Assembly: GCF_964355755.1 (NCBI RefSeq)
Contig: NC_092671.1
Coordinates: 22,027,317-22,091,316 of the forward strand
Direction of reading: 5' to 3'
DNA from: Antedon mediterranea
Taxonomy: Eukaryota > Animalia > Echinodermata
DNA: 64,000 nucleotides
Shown here: positions 1 through 13,000 of the stretch, one piece after another
How positions within the stretch are numbered: the first letter of the stretch is position 1
Layout: each line of letters starts with the position of its first letter
Made by a program: the position numbers and the translations under genes
The notes under the pieces: model-generated
Database searches by the model: none
The model's input: the letters and a program-made list of their open reading frames with translations, nothing else
What the model was told of the DNA's origin: nothing

Positions 1-2323
1 TTTCGACAAAACTTTTTCACACAAAACACCAAAGTGCTTAGAATAGCTTCAAATCGCATTTGGAGACGTTTTAGACCATTTTGTGATTTTCGAAAAAACT
101 TGTTAACATAAAAACATCAAAGTGCTAAGAATAGCTTCAAATCGCATTTGGAGACATTTTAGACCAATTAGTGATTTTCGAAAAAACTTGGTTACACAAA
201 AACATCAAAGTGGTTAAAATCACATTATAAACCGTTTTAGACCATTTTGAGCATTTCGATAACACTTTTCACACAAAAACATCAAAGTGCTTAGAATAGC
301 TTCAAATCGCATTTGGAGACGTTTTAGACCATTTTGTGATTTTCGAAAAAAACTTTTTAACATAAAAACACCAAACTGCTAAGAATAGCTTCAAATCGCA
401 TATGGAGACAATTTAGACCATTTTGTGATTTTCGAAAAAACTTGTTAACATAAAAACACCAAAGTGCTAAGAATAGCTTCAAATCGCATATGGAGACAAT
501 TTAGACCATTTTGTGATTTTCGAAAAAACTTGTTAACATAAAAACACCAAAGTGCTTAGAATACCTTCAAATCGCATTTGGAGACGTTTAAGACCATTTT
601 GTGATTTTCGAAAAAACTTGTTAACATAAAAACACCAAAGTTCTTAGAATAGCTTCAAATCGCATTTGGAGACGTTTTAGACCAATTTGTGATTTTCGAA
701 AAAACTTGGTTACACAAAAACATCAAAGTGGTTAAAAGCACATTATAAACCGTTTTAGACCATTTTGAGCATTTCGATAACACATTTCACACAAAAACAT
801 CAAAGAGCACAAAATAGCTTAATATCGTATTTAAAAACGTTTTAAACCATTTTGAGCATTTCGACAAAACTTTTTCACACAAAACACCAAAGTGTACAGA
901 ATAGCTTCAAATCGCATTTGGAGACGTTTTAGACCATTTTGTGATTTTCGAAAAAACTTGTTAATATAAAAACACCAAAGTACTTAGAATAGCTTCAAAT
1001 CGCATTTGGAGACGTTTTAGACCATTTTGTGATTTTCGAAAAAACTTGTTAACATAAAAACATCAAAGTGCTAAGAATAGCTTCCAATCGCATTTGGAGA
1101 CATTTTAGACCAATTTGTGATTTTCGAAAAAACTTGGTTACACAAAAACATCAAAGTGCTTAAAATCACATTATAAACCGTTTTAGACCATTTTGAGCAT
1201 TTCGATAACACATTTCACAAAAAAACATCAAAGAGCACAAAATAGCTTAATATCGTATTTAAAAACGTTTTAAACCATTTTGAGCATTTCGACAAAACTT
1301 TTTCACACAAAACACCAAAGTGTTTAGAAAAGCTTCAAATCGCATTTGGAGACGTTTTAGACCATTTTGGGATTTTCGAAAAAACTTGTTAACATAAAAA
1401 CACCAAAGTGCTTAGAATAGCTTCAAATCGCATTTGAAGACGTTTTAGACCATTTTGTAATTTTCGAAAAAACTTGTTAACATAAAAACACCAAAATGTT
1501 TAGAATAGCTTCAAATCGCATTTGGAGACGTTTTAGACCATTTTGTGATTTTCGAAAAAACTTGTTAACACAAAAACACCAAAGTGATTAGAATAGCTTC
1601 AAATCGCATTTGGAGACGTTTTAGACCATTTTGTGATTTTCGAAAAAACTTGTTAACATAAAAACACCAAAGTGATTAGAATAGCTTCAAATCGCATTTG
1701 GAGACGTTTTAGACCATTTTGTGCATTTCGATGAAACTTGGTTACGCAAAAACATCAAAGTAATAATCACATTATAAACAGTTTTAGACCATTTTGAGCA
1801 TATCGATAAAACTTTTTACACAAAACACCAAAGTGCTTAGAATAGCTTCAAATCGCATTTGGAGACGTTTTAGACCATTTTGTGATTTTCGACAAAACTT
1901 TTTCACACAAAACACCAAAGTGCTTAGAATACCTTCAAATCGCATTTGGAGACGTTTTAGACCATTTTGTGATTTTCGAAAAAACTTGTTAACATAAAAA
2001 CATCAAAGTGTACAGATTAGCTTCAAATCGCATTTGGAGACGTTTTAGACCATTTTGTGATTTTCGAAAAAACTTGTTAACATAAAAACACCAAAGTGCT
2101 TAGAATAGCTTCAAATCGTATTAGGAGACGTTTTAGACCATTTTGTTATTTTCGAAAAAACTTGTTAACATAAAAACACCAAAATGTTTAGAATAGCTTC
2201 AAATCGCATTTGTAGACGTTTTAGACCATTTTGTGATTTTCGAAAAAACTTGTTAACACAAAAACACCAAAGTGATTAGAATAGCTTCAAATCGCATTTG
2301 GAGACGTTTTAGACCATTTTGTG

Positions 2324-2575
2324 CATTTCGATGAAACTTGGTTACGCAAAAACATCAAAGTGCTTAAAATCACATTATAAACCGTTTTAGACCATTTTGA
2401 GCATATCGATAACACTTTTCACACAAAAACATCAAAGAGCACAATATAGCTTAATATCGTATTTAAAAACGTTTTAGACCATTTTGAGCAATTCGACAAA
2501 ACTTTTTCACACAAAACACCAAAGTGCTTAGAATAGCTTCAAATCGCATTTGGAGACGTTTTAGACCATTTTGTG
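2324..2575 (+). repeat. Representative divergent B-C-D monomer cassette (78+87+87 = 252 bp), recurring throughout the array
   Basis: B at 2324-2401 has head TCGATGAAACTTGGTTAC and body GTGCTTAAAATCACATTATAAACCG. C at 2402-2488 has head TCGATAACACTTTTCACAC and body GAGCACAATATAGCTTAATATCGTATTTAAAAACG. D at 2489-2575 has head TCGACAAAACTTTTTCACAC and an A-like body. The same order is seen near 700, 1125, 3010, 3965, 4745, 6300, 7425 and onward. Confidence 0.95.
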
Positions 2576-5500
2576 ATTTTCGAAAAAACTTGTTAACATA
2601 AAAACATCAAAGGGCTAAGAATAGCTTCAAATCGCATTTGGAGACATTTTAGACCAATTAGTGATTTTCGAAAAAACTTGGTTACACAAAAACATCAAAG
2701 TGGTTAAAATCACATTATAAACCGTTTTAGACCATTTTGAGCATATCGATAAAATTTTTTACACAAAAACATCAAAGAGCACAAAATAGCTTAATATCGT
2801 ATTTGGAAACGTTTTAGAACATTTTGTGATTTTCGAAAAAACTTGTTAACATAAAACACCAAAGTGTACAGAATAGCTTCAAATCGCATTTGGAGACATT
2901 TTAGACCAATTTGTGATTTTCGAAAAAACTTGTTAACATAAAAAACACCAAAGTGCTAAGAATAGCTTCAAATCGCATTTGGAGACATTTTAGACCAATT
3001 TGTGATTTTCGAAAAAACTTGGTTACACAAAAACATCAAAGTGCTTAAAATCACATTATAAAACCGTTTTAGACCATTTTGAGCATTTCGATAACACTTT
3101 TCACACAAAAACATCAAAGAGCATAAAATAGGTTAATATCGTATTTAAAAACGTTTTAGACCATTTTGAGCATTTCGACAAAACTTTTTCACACAAAACA
3201 CCAAAGTGTACAGAATAGCTTAATATCGTATTTAAAAACGTTTTAGACCATTTTGTGATTTTCGAAAAAACTTGTTAACATAAAAACACCAAAGTGCTTA
3301 CAATAGCTTCAAATCGCATTAGGAGACGTTTTAGACCATTTTGTGATTTTCGAAAAAACTTGTTAACATAAAAACATCAAAGTGTACAGAATAGCTTCAA
3401 ATCGCATTTGGAGACGTTTTAGACCATTTTGTGATTTTCGAAAAAAACTTGTTAACATAAAAACACCAAAGTGCTTAGAATAGCTTCAAATCGCATTTGG
3501 AGACGTTTTAGACCATTTTGTGATTTTCGAAAAAACTTGTTAATATAAAAACACCAAAGTACTTAGAATAGCTTCAAATCGCATTTGGAGACGTTTTAGA
3601 CCATTTTGTGATTTTCGAAAAAACTTGTTAACATAAAAACACCAAAGTTCTTAAAATAGCTTCAAATCGCATTTGGAGACGTTTTAGACTATTTTGTGAT
3701 TTTCGAAAAAACTTGTTAACACAAAAACACCAAAGTGTTTAGAAAAGCTTCAAATCGCATTTGGAGAAGTTTTAGACCATTTTGTGATTTTCGAAAAAAC
3801 TTGTTAACATAAAAACACCAAAGTGTTTAGAAAAGCTTCAAATCGCATTTGGAGACGTTTTAGACCATTTTGTAATTTTCAAAAAAACTTGTTAACATAA
3901 AAACACCAAAGTTCTTAGAATAGCTTCAAATCGCATTTGGAGACGTTTTAGACCATTTTGTGCATTTCGATGAAACTTGGTTACACAAAAACATCAAAGT
4001 GCTTAAAATCACATTATAAACCGTTTTAGACCATTTGAGCATTTCGATAACACTTTTCACAAAAAAACATCAAAGAGCACAATATAGATTAATATCCTAT
4101 TTAAAAACGTTTTAGACCATTTTGAGCATTTCGACAAAACTTTTTCACACAAAACACCAAAGTGCTTAGAATACCTTCAAATCGCATTTGGAGACGTTTT
4201 AGACCATTTTGTGATTTTCGAAAAAACTTGTTAACACAAAAACACCAAAGTGATTAGAATAGCTTCAAATCGCATTTGGAGACGTTTTAGACCATTTTGT
4301 GATTTTCGAAAAAACTTGTTAACATAAAAACACCAAAGTGATTAGAATAGCTTCAAATCGCATTTGGAGACGTTTTAGACCATTTTGTGATTTTCGAAAA
4401 AACTTGTTAACATAAAAACACCAAAGTTCTTAAAATAGCTTCAAATCGCATTTGGAGACGTTTTAGACCATTTTGTGATTTTCGAAAAAACTTGTTAACA
4501 TAAAAACACCAAAGTGTTTAGAAAAGCTTCAAATCGCATTTGGAGACGTTTTAGACCATTTTGGGATTTTCGAAAAAACTTGTTAACATAAAAACACCAA
4601 AGTGCTTAGAATAGCTTCAAATCGCATTTGGAGACGTTTTAGACCATTTTGTAATTTTCAAAAAAACTTGTTAACATAAAAACACCAAAGTTCTTAGAAT
4701 AGCTTCAAATCGCATTTGGAGACGTTTTAGACCATTTTGTGCATTTCGATGAAACTTGGTTACACAAAAACATCAAAGTGCTTAAAATCACATTATAAAC
4801 CGTTTTAGACCATTTGAGCATTTCGATAACACTTTTCACACAAAAACATCAAAGGGCACAATATAGCTTAATATCCTATTTAAAAACGTTTTAGACCATT
4901 TTGAGCATTTCGACAAAACTTTTTCACACAAAACACCAAAGTGCTTAGAATACCTTCAAATCGCATTTGGAGACGTTTTAGACAATTTTGTGATTTTCGA
5001 AAAAACTTGTTAACATAAAAACATCAAAGTTTACAGAATAGCTTCAAATCGCATTTGGAGACGTTTTAGACAATTTTGTGATTTTCGAAAAAACTTGTTA
5101 ACATAAAAACACCAAAGTGCTTAGAATAGCTTCAAATCGCATTGGGAGACGTTTTAGACCATTTTGTGATTTTCGAAAAAACTTGTTAACATAAAAACAT
5201 CAAAGTGTACAGAATAGCTTCAAATCGCATATGGAGACGTTTTAGACCATTTTGTGATTTTCGAAAAAACTTGTTAACATAAAAACACCAAAGTGCTTAG
5301 AATAGCTTCAAATCGCATTTGGAGACGTTTTAAACCATTTTGTGATTTTCGAAAAAACTTGTTAACATAAAAACACCAAAATGTTTAGAATAGCTTCAAA
5401 TCGCATTTGGAGACGTTTTAGACCATTTTGTGATTTTCGAAAAAACTTGTTAACACAAAAACACCAAAGTGATTAGAATAGCTTCAAATCGCATTTGGAG

Positions 5501-6036
5501 ACGTTTTAGACCATTTTGTGATTTTCGAAAAAACTTGTTAACATAAAAACACCAAAGTGATTAGAATAGCTTCAAATCGCATTTGGAGACGTTTTAGACC
5601 ATTTTGTGCATTTCGATGAAACTTGGTTACGCAAAAACATCAAAGTGCTTAAAATCACATTATAAACCGTTTTAGACCATTTTGAGCATATCGATAACAC
5701 TTTTTACACAAAACACCAAAGTGCTTAGAATAGCTTCAAATCGCATTTGGAGACGTTTTAGACCATTTTGTGATTTTCGACAAAACTTTTTCACACAAAA
5801 CACCAAAGTGCTTAGAATACCTTCAAATCGCATTTGGAGACGTTTTAGACCATTTTGTGATTTTCGAAAAAACTTGTTAACATAAAAACATCAAAGTGTA
5901 CAGAATAGCTTCAAATCGCATTTGGAGACGTTTTAGACCATTTTGTGATTTTCGAAAAAACTTGTTAACATAAAAACACCAAAGTGCTTAGAATAGCTTC
6001 AAATCGCATTAGGAGACGTTTTAGACAATTTTGTGA

Positions 6037-6124
6037 TTTTCGAAAAAACTTGTTAACATAAAAACACCAAAGTGCTTAGAATAGCTTCAAATCGCATTTG
6101 GAGACGTTTTAGACCATTTTGTGA
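6037..6124 (+). repeat. Representative type-A monomer (88 bp, exact consensus)
   Basis: TTTTCGAAAAAACTTGTTAACATAAAAACACCAAAGTGCTTAGAATAGCTTCAAATCGCATTTGGAGACGTTTTAGACCATTTTGTGA. It contains the palindromes TTTTCGAAAA and TGTTAACA and three CpGs. Confidence 0.97.
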
Positions 6125-9100
6125 TTTTCGAAAAAACTTGTTAACATAAAAACACCAAAATGTTTAGAATAGCTTCAAATCGCATTTGGAGACGTTTTAG
6201 ACCATTTTGTGATTTTCGAAAAAACTTGTTAACACAAAAACACCAAAGTGATTAGAATAGCTTCAAATCGCATTTGGAGACGTTTTAGACCATTTTGTGC
6301 ATTTCGATGAAACTTGGTTACGCAAAAACATCAAAGTGCTTAAAATCACATTATAAACCGTTTTAGACCATTTTGAGCATATCGATAACACTTTTCACAC
6401 AAAAACATCAAAGAGCACAATATAGCTTAATATCGTATTTAAAAACGTTTTAGACCATTTTGAGCATTTCGACAAAACTTTTTCACACAAAACACCAAAG
6501 TGCTTAGAATAGCTTCAAATCGCATTTGGAGACGTTTTAGACCATTTTGTGATTTTCGAAAAAACTTGTTAACATAAAAACATCAAAGGGCTAAGAATAG
6601 CTTCAAATCGCATTTGGAGACATTTTAGACCAATTAGTGATTTTCGAAAAAACTTGGTTACACAAAAACATCAAAGTGGTTAAAATCACATTATAAACCG
6701 TTTTAGACCATTTTGAGCATTTCGATAACACTTTTTACACAAAAACATCAAAGTGCTTAGAATAGCTTCAAATCGCATTTGGAGACGTTTTAGACCATTT
6801 TGTGATTTTTGAAAAAAACTTTTTAACATAAAAACACCAAACTGCTAAGAATAGCTTCAAATCGCATATGGAGACAATTTAGACCATTTTGTGATTTTCG
6901 AAAAAACTTGTTAACATAAAAACACCAAAGTGCTTAGAATACCTTCAAATCGCATTTGGAGACGTTTTAGACCATTTTGTGATTTTCCAAAAAACTTGTT
7001 AACATAAAAACATCAAAGTGTACAGAATAGCTTCAAATCGCATTTGGAGACGTTTTAGACCATTTTGTGATTTTCGAAAAAACTTGTTAACATAAAAACA
7101 CCAAAGTGCTTAGAATAGCTTCAAATCGCATTAGGAGACGTTTTAGCCCATTTTGTGATTTTCGAAAAAACTTGTTAACATAAAAACACCAAAGTGCTTA
7201 GAATAGCTTCAAATCGCATTTGGAGACGTTTTAGACCATTTTGTGATTTTCGAAAAAACTTGTTAACATAAAAATACCAAAATGTTTAGAATAGCTTCAA
7301 ATCACATTTGGAGACGTTTTAGACCATTTTGTGATTTTCGAAAAAAGTTGTTAACACAAAAACACCAAAGTGATTAGAATAGCTTCAAATCGCATTTGGA
7401 GACGTTTTAGACCAATTTGTGCATTTCGATGAAACTTGGTTACGCAAAAACATCAAAGTGCTTAAAATCACATTATAAACCGTTTTAGACCATTTTGAGC
7501 ATATCGATAACACTTTTCACACAAAAACATCAAAGAGCACAATATAGCTTAATATCTTATTTAAAAACGTTTTAGACCATTTTGAGCATTTCGACAAAAC
7601 TTTTTCACACAAAACACCAAAGTGCTTAGAATAGCTTCAAATCGCATTTGGAGACGTTTTAGACCATTTTGTGATTTTCGAAAAAACTTGTTAACATAAA
7701 AACATCAAAGTGCTAAGAATAGCTTCAAATCGCATTTGGAGACATTTTAGACCAATTAGTGATTTTCGAAAAAACTTGGTTACACAAAAACATCAAAGTG
7801 GTTAAAATCACATTATAAACCGTTTTAGACCATTTTGAGCATTTCGATAACACTTTTCACACAAAAACATCAAAGTGCTTAGAATAGCTTCAAATCGCAT
7901 TTGGAGACGTTTTAGACCATTTTGTGATTTTCGAAAAAAACTTTTTAACATAAAAACACCAAACTGCTAAGAATAGCTTCAAATCGCATATGGAGACAAT
8001 TTAGACCATTTTGTGATTTTCGAAAAAACTTGTTAACATAAAAACACCAAAGTGCTAAGAATAGCTTCAAATCGCATATGGAGACAATTTAGACCATTTT
8101 GTGATTTTCGAAAAAACTTGTTAACATAAAAACACCAAAGTGCTTAGAATACCTTCAAATCGCATTTGGAGACGTTTAAGACCATTTTGTGATTTTCGAA
8201 AAAACTTGTTAACATAAAAACACCAAAGTTCTTAGAATAGCTTCAAATCGCATTTGGAGACGTTTTAGACCAATTTGTGATTTTCGAAAAAACTTGGTTA
8301 CACAAAAACATCAAAGTGGTTAAAAGCACATTATAAACCGTTTTAGACCATTTTGAGCATTTCGATAACACATTTCACACAAAAACATCAAAGAGCACAA
8401 AATAGCTTAATATCGTATTTAAAAACGTTTTAAACCATTTTGAGCATTTCGACAAAACTTTTTCACACAAAACACCAAAGTGTACAGAATAGCTTCAAAT
8501 CGCATTTGGAGACGTTTTAGACCATTTTGTGATTTTCGAAAAAACTTGTTAATATAAAAACACCAAAGTACTTAGAATAGCTTCAAATCGCATTTGGAGA
8601 CGTTTTAGACCATTTTGTGATTTTCGAAAAAACTTGTTAACATAAAAACATCAAAGTGCTAAGAATAGCTTCCAATCGCATTTGGAGACATTTTAGACCA
8701 ATTTGTGATTTTCGAAAAAACTTGGTTACACAAAAACATCAAAGTGCTTAAAATCACATTATAAACCGTTTTAGACCATTTTGAGCATTTCGATAACACA
8801 TTTCACAAAAAAACATCAAAGAGCACAAAATAGCTTAATATCGTATTTAAAAACGTTTTAAACCATTTTGAGCATTTCGACAAAACTTTTTCACACAAAA
8901 CACCAAAGTGTTTAGAAAAGCTTCAAATCGCATTTGGAGACGTTTTAGACCATTTTGGGATTTTCGAAAAAACTTGTTAACATAAAAACACCAAAGTGCT
9001 TAGAATAGCTTCAAATCGCATTTGAAGACGTTTTAGACCATTTTGTAATTTTCGAAAAAACTTGTTAACATAAAAACACCAAAATGTTTAGAATAGCTTC

Positions 9101-10059
9101 AAATCGCATTTGGAGACGTTTTAGACCATTTTGTGATTTTCGAAAAAACTTGTTAACACAAAAACACCAAAGTGATTAGAATAGCTTCAAATCGCATTTG
9201 GAGACGTTTTAGACCATTTTGTGATTTTCGAAAAAACTTGTTAACATAAAAACACCAAAGTGATTAGAATAGCTTCAAATCGCATTTGGAGACGTTTTAG
9301 ACCATTTTGTGCATTTCGATGAAACTTGGTTACGCAAAAACATCAAAGTAATAATCACATTATAAACAGTTTTAGACCATTTTGAGCATATCGATAAAAC
9401 TTTTTACACAAAACACCAAAGTGCTTAGAATAGCTTCAAATCGCATTTGGAGACGTTTTAGACCATTTTGTGATTTTCGACAAAACTTTTTCACACAAAA
9501 CACCAAAGTGCTTAGAATACCTTCAAATCGCATTTGGAGACGTTTTAGACCATTTTGTGATTTTCGAAAAAACTTGTTAACATAAAAACATCAAAGTGTA
9601 CAGAATAGCTTCAAATCGCATTTGGAGACGTTTTAGACCATTTTGTGCATTTCGATGAAACTTGGTTACGCAAAAACATCAAAGTGCTTAAAATCACATT
9701 ATAAACCGTTTTAGACCATTTTGAGCATATCGATAACACTTTTCACACAAAAACATCAAAGAGCACAATATAGCTTAATATCGTATTTAAAAACGTTTTA
9801 GACCATTTTGAGCAATTCGACAAAACTTTTTCACACAAAACACCAAAGTGCTTAGAATAGCTTCAAATCGCATTTGGAGACGTTTTAGACCATTTTGTGA
9901 TTTTCGAAAAAACTTGTTAACATAAAAACATCAAAGGGCTAAGAATAGCTTCAAATCGCATTTGGAGACATTTTAGACCAATTAGTGATTTTCGAAAAAA
10001 CTTGGTTACACAAAAACATCAAAGTGGTTAAAATCACATTATAAACCGTTTTAGACCAT

Positions 10060-13000
10060 TTTGAGCATATCGATAAAATTTTTTACACAAAAACATCAAA
10101 GAGCACAAAATAGCTTAATATCGTATTTGGAAACGTTTTAGAACATTTTGTGATTTTCGAAAAAACTTGTTAACATAAAACACCAAAGTGTACAGAATAG
10201 CTTCAAATCGCATTTGGAGACATTTTAGACAAATTTGTGATTTTCGAAAAAACTTGTTAACATAAAAACACCAAAGTGCTAAGAATAGCTTCAAATCGCA
10301 TTTGGAGACATTTTAGACCAATTTGTGATTTTCGAAAAAACTTGGTTACACCAAAACATCAAAGTGCTTAAAATCACATTATAAAACCGTTTTAGACCAT
10401 TTTGAGCATTTCGATAACACTTTTCACACAAAAACATCAAAGAGCATAAAATAGGTTAATATCGTATTTAAAAACGTTTTAGACCATTTTGAGCATTTCG
10501 ACAAAACTTTTTCACACAAAACACCAAAGTGTACAGAATAGCTTAATATCGTATTTAAAAACGTTTTAGACCATTTTGTGATTTTCGAAAAAACTTGTTA
10601 ACATAAAAACACCAAAGTACTTACAATAGCTTCAAATCGCATTAGGAGACGTTTTAGACCATTTTGTGATTTTCGAAAAAACTTGTTAACATAAAAACAT
10701 CAAAGTGTACAGAATAGCTTCAAATCGCATTTGGAGACGTTTTAGACCATTTTGTGATTTTCGAAAAAAACTTGTTAACATAAAAACACCAAAGTGCTTA
10801 GAATAGCTTCAAATCGCATTTGGAGACGTTTTAGACCATTTTGTGATTTTCGAAAAACTTGTTAATATAAAAACACCAAAGTACTTAGAATAGCTTCAAA
10901 TCGCATTTGGAGACGTTTTAGACCATTTTGTGATTTTCGAAAAAACTTGTTAACATAAAAACACCAAAGTTCTTAAAATAGCTTCAAATCGCATTTGGAG
11001 ACGTTTTAGACCATTTTGTGATTTTCGAAAAAACTTGTTAACACAAAAACACCAAAGTGTTTAGAAAAGCTTCAAATCGCATTTGGAGAAGTTTTAGACC
11101 ATTTTGTGATTTTCGAAAAAACTTGTTAACATAAAAACACCAAAGTGTTTAGAAAAGCTTCAAATCGCATTTGGAGACGTTTTAGACCATTTTGGGATTT
11201 TCGAAAAAACTTGTTAACATAAAAACACCAAAGTGCTTAGAATAGCTTCAAATCGCATTTGGAGACGTTTTAGACCATTTTGTAATTTTCAAAAAAACTT
11301 GTTAACATAAAAACACCAAAGTTCTTAGAATAGCTTCAAATCGCATTTGGAGACGTTTTAGACCATTTTGTGCATTTCGATGAAACTTGGTTACACAAAA
11401 ACATCAAAGTCCTTAAAATCACATTATAAACCGTTTTAGACCATTTGAGCATTTCGATAACACTTTTCACACAAAAACATCAAAGAGCACAATATAGCTT
11501 AATATCCTATTTAAAAACGTTTTAGACCATTTTGAGCATTTCGACAAAACTTTTTCACACAAAACACCAAAGTGCTTAGAATACCTTCAAATCGCATTTG
11601 GAGACGTTTTTAGACCATTTTGTGTTTTTCGAAAAAACTTGTTAACATAAAAACATCAAAGTTTACAGAATAGCTTCAAATCGCATTTGGAGACGTTTTA
11701 GACAATTTTGTGATTTTCGAAAAAACTTGTTAATATAAAAACACCAAAGTGCTTAGAATAGCTTCAAATCGCATTGGGAGACGTTTTAGACCATTTTGTG
11801 ATTTTCGAAAAAACTTGTTAACATAAAAACATCAAAGTGTACAGAATAGCTTCAAATCGCATTTGGAGACGTTTTAGACCATTTTGTGATTTTCGAAAAA
11901 ACTTGTTAACATAAAAACACCAAAGTGCTTAGAATAGCTTCAAATCGCATTTGGAGACGTTTTAAACCATTTTGTGATTTTCGAAAAAACTTGTTAACAT
12001 AAAAACACCAAAATGTTTAGAATAGCTTCAAATCGCATTTGGAGACGTTTTAGACCATTTTGTGATTTTCGAAAAAACTTGTTAATATAAAAACACCAAA
12101 GTACTTAGAATAGCTTCAAATCGCATTTGGAGACGTTTTAGACCATTTTGTGATTTTCGAAAAAACTTGTTAACATAAAAACACCAAAGTTCTTAAAATA
12201 GCTTCAAATCGCATTTGGAGACGTTTTAGACCATTTTGTGATTTTCGAAAAAACTTGTTAACACAAAAACACCAAAGTGTTTAGAAAAGCTTCAAATCGC
12301 ATTTGGAGAAGTTTTAGACCATTTTGTGATTTTCGAAAAAACTTGTTAACATAAAAACACCAAAGTGTTTAGAAAAGCTTCAAATCGCATTTGGAGACGT
12401 TTTAGACCATTTTGTAATTTTCAAAAAAACTTGTTAACATAAAAACACCAAAGTTCTTAGAATAGCTTCAAATCGCATTTGGAGACGTTTTAGACCATTT
12501 TGTGCATTTCGATGAAACTTGGTTACACAAAAACATCAAAGTCCTTAAAATCACATTATAAACCGTTTTAGACCATTTGAGCATTTCGATAACACTTTTC
12601 ACACAAAAACATCAAAGAGCACAATATAGCTTAATATCCTATTTAAAAACGTTTTAGACCATTTTGAGCATTTCGACAAAACTTTTTCACACAAAACACC
12701 AAAGTGCTTAGAATACCTTCAAATCGCATTTGGAGACGTTTTAGACCATTTTGTGTTTTTCGAAAAAACTTGTTAACATAAAAACATCAAAGTTTACAGA
12801 ATAGCTTCAAATCGCATTTGGAGACGTTTTAGACAATTTTGTGATTTTCGAAAAAACTTGTTAATATAAAAACACCAAAGTGCTTAGAATAGCTTCAAAT
12901 CGCATTGGGAGACGTTTTAGACCATTTTGTGATTTTCGAAAAAACTTGTTAACATAAAAACATCAAAGTGTACAGAATAGCTTCAAATCGCATTTGGAGA

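Noticed and set aside
1794-1997. 67-aa ORF MSISIKLFTQNTKV... and its copies (5682, 9382, 14303, 18862, 23420, 59100, 62006)
   Set aside because: It starts at a TTG within the repeat. It stays open only because an E-D monomer pair has an 87-bp (29-codon) spacing, which gives the 29-aa internal repeat, and it ends at the TAA of the next A head. There is no gene context or recognisable domain.
2941-2946. Single-base homopolymer length changes (e.g. 2941, 10853, 11611, 19223, 33492)
   Set aside because: These are ordinary slippage or sequencing error in A/T runs and are not informative individually.
6039-6053. CENP-B box-like motif starting TTCG
   Set aside because: TTCGAAAAAACTTGT and TTCGATGAAACTTGG match TTCG-N4-A but lack the essential CGGG.
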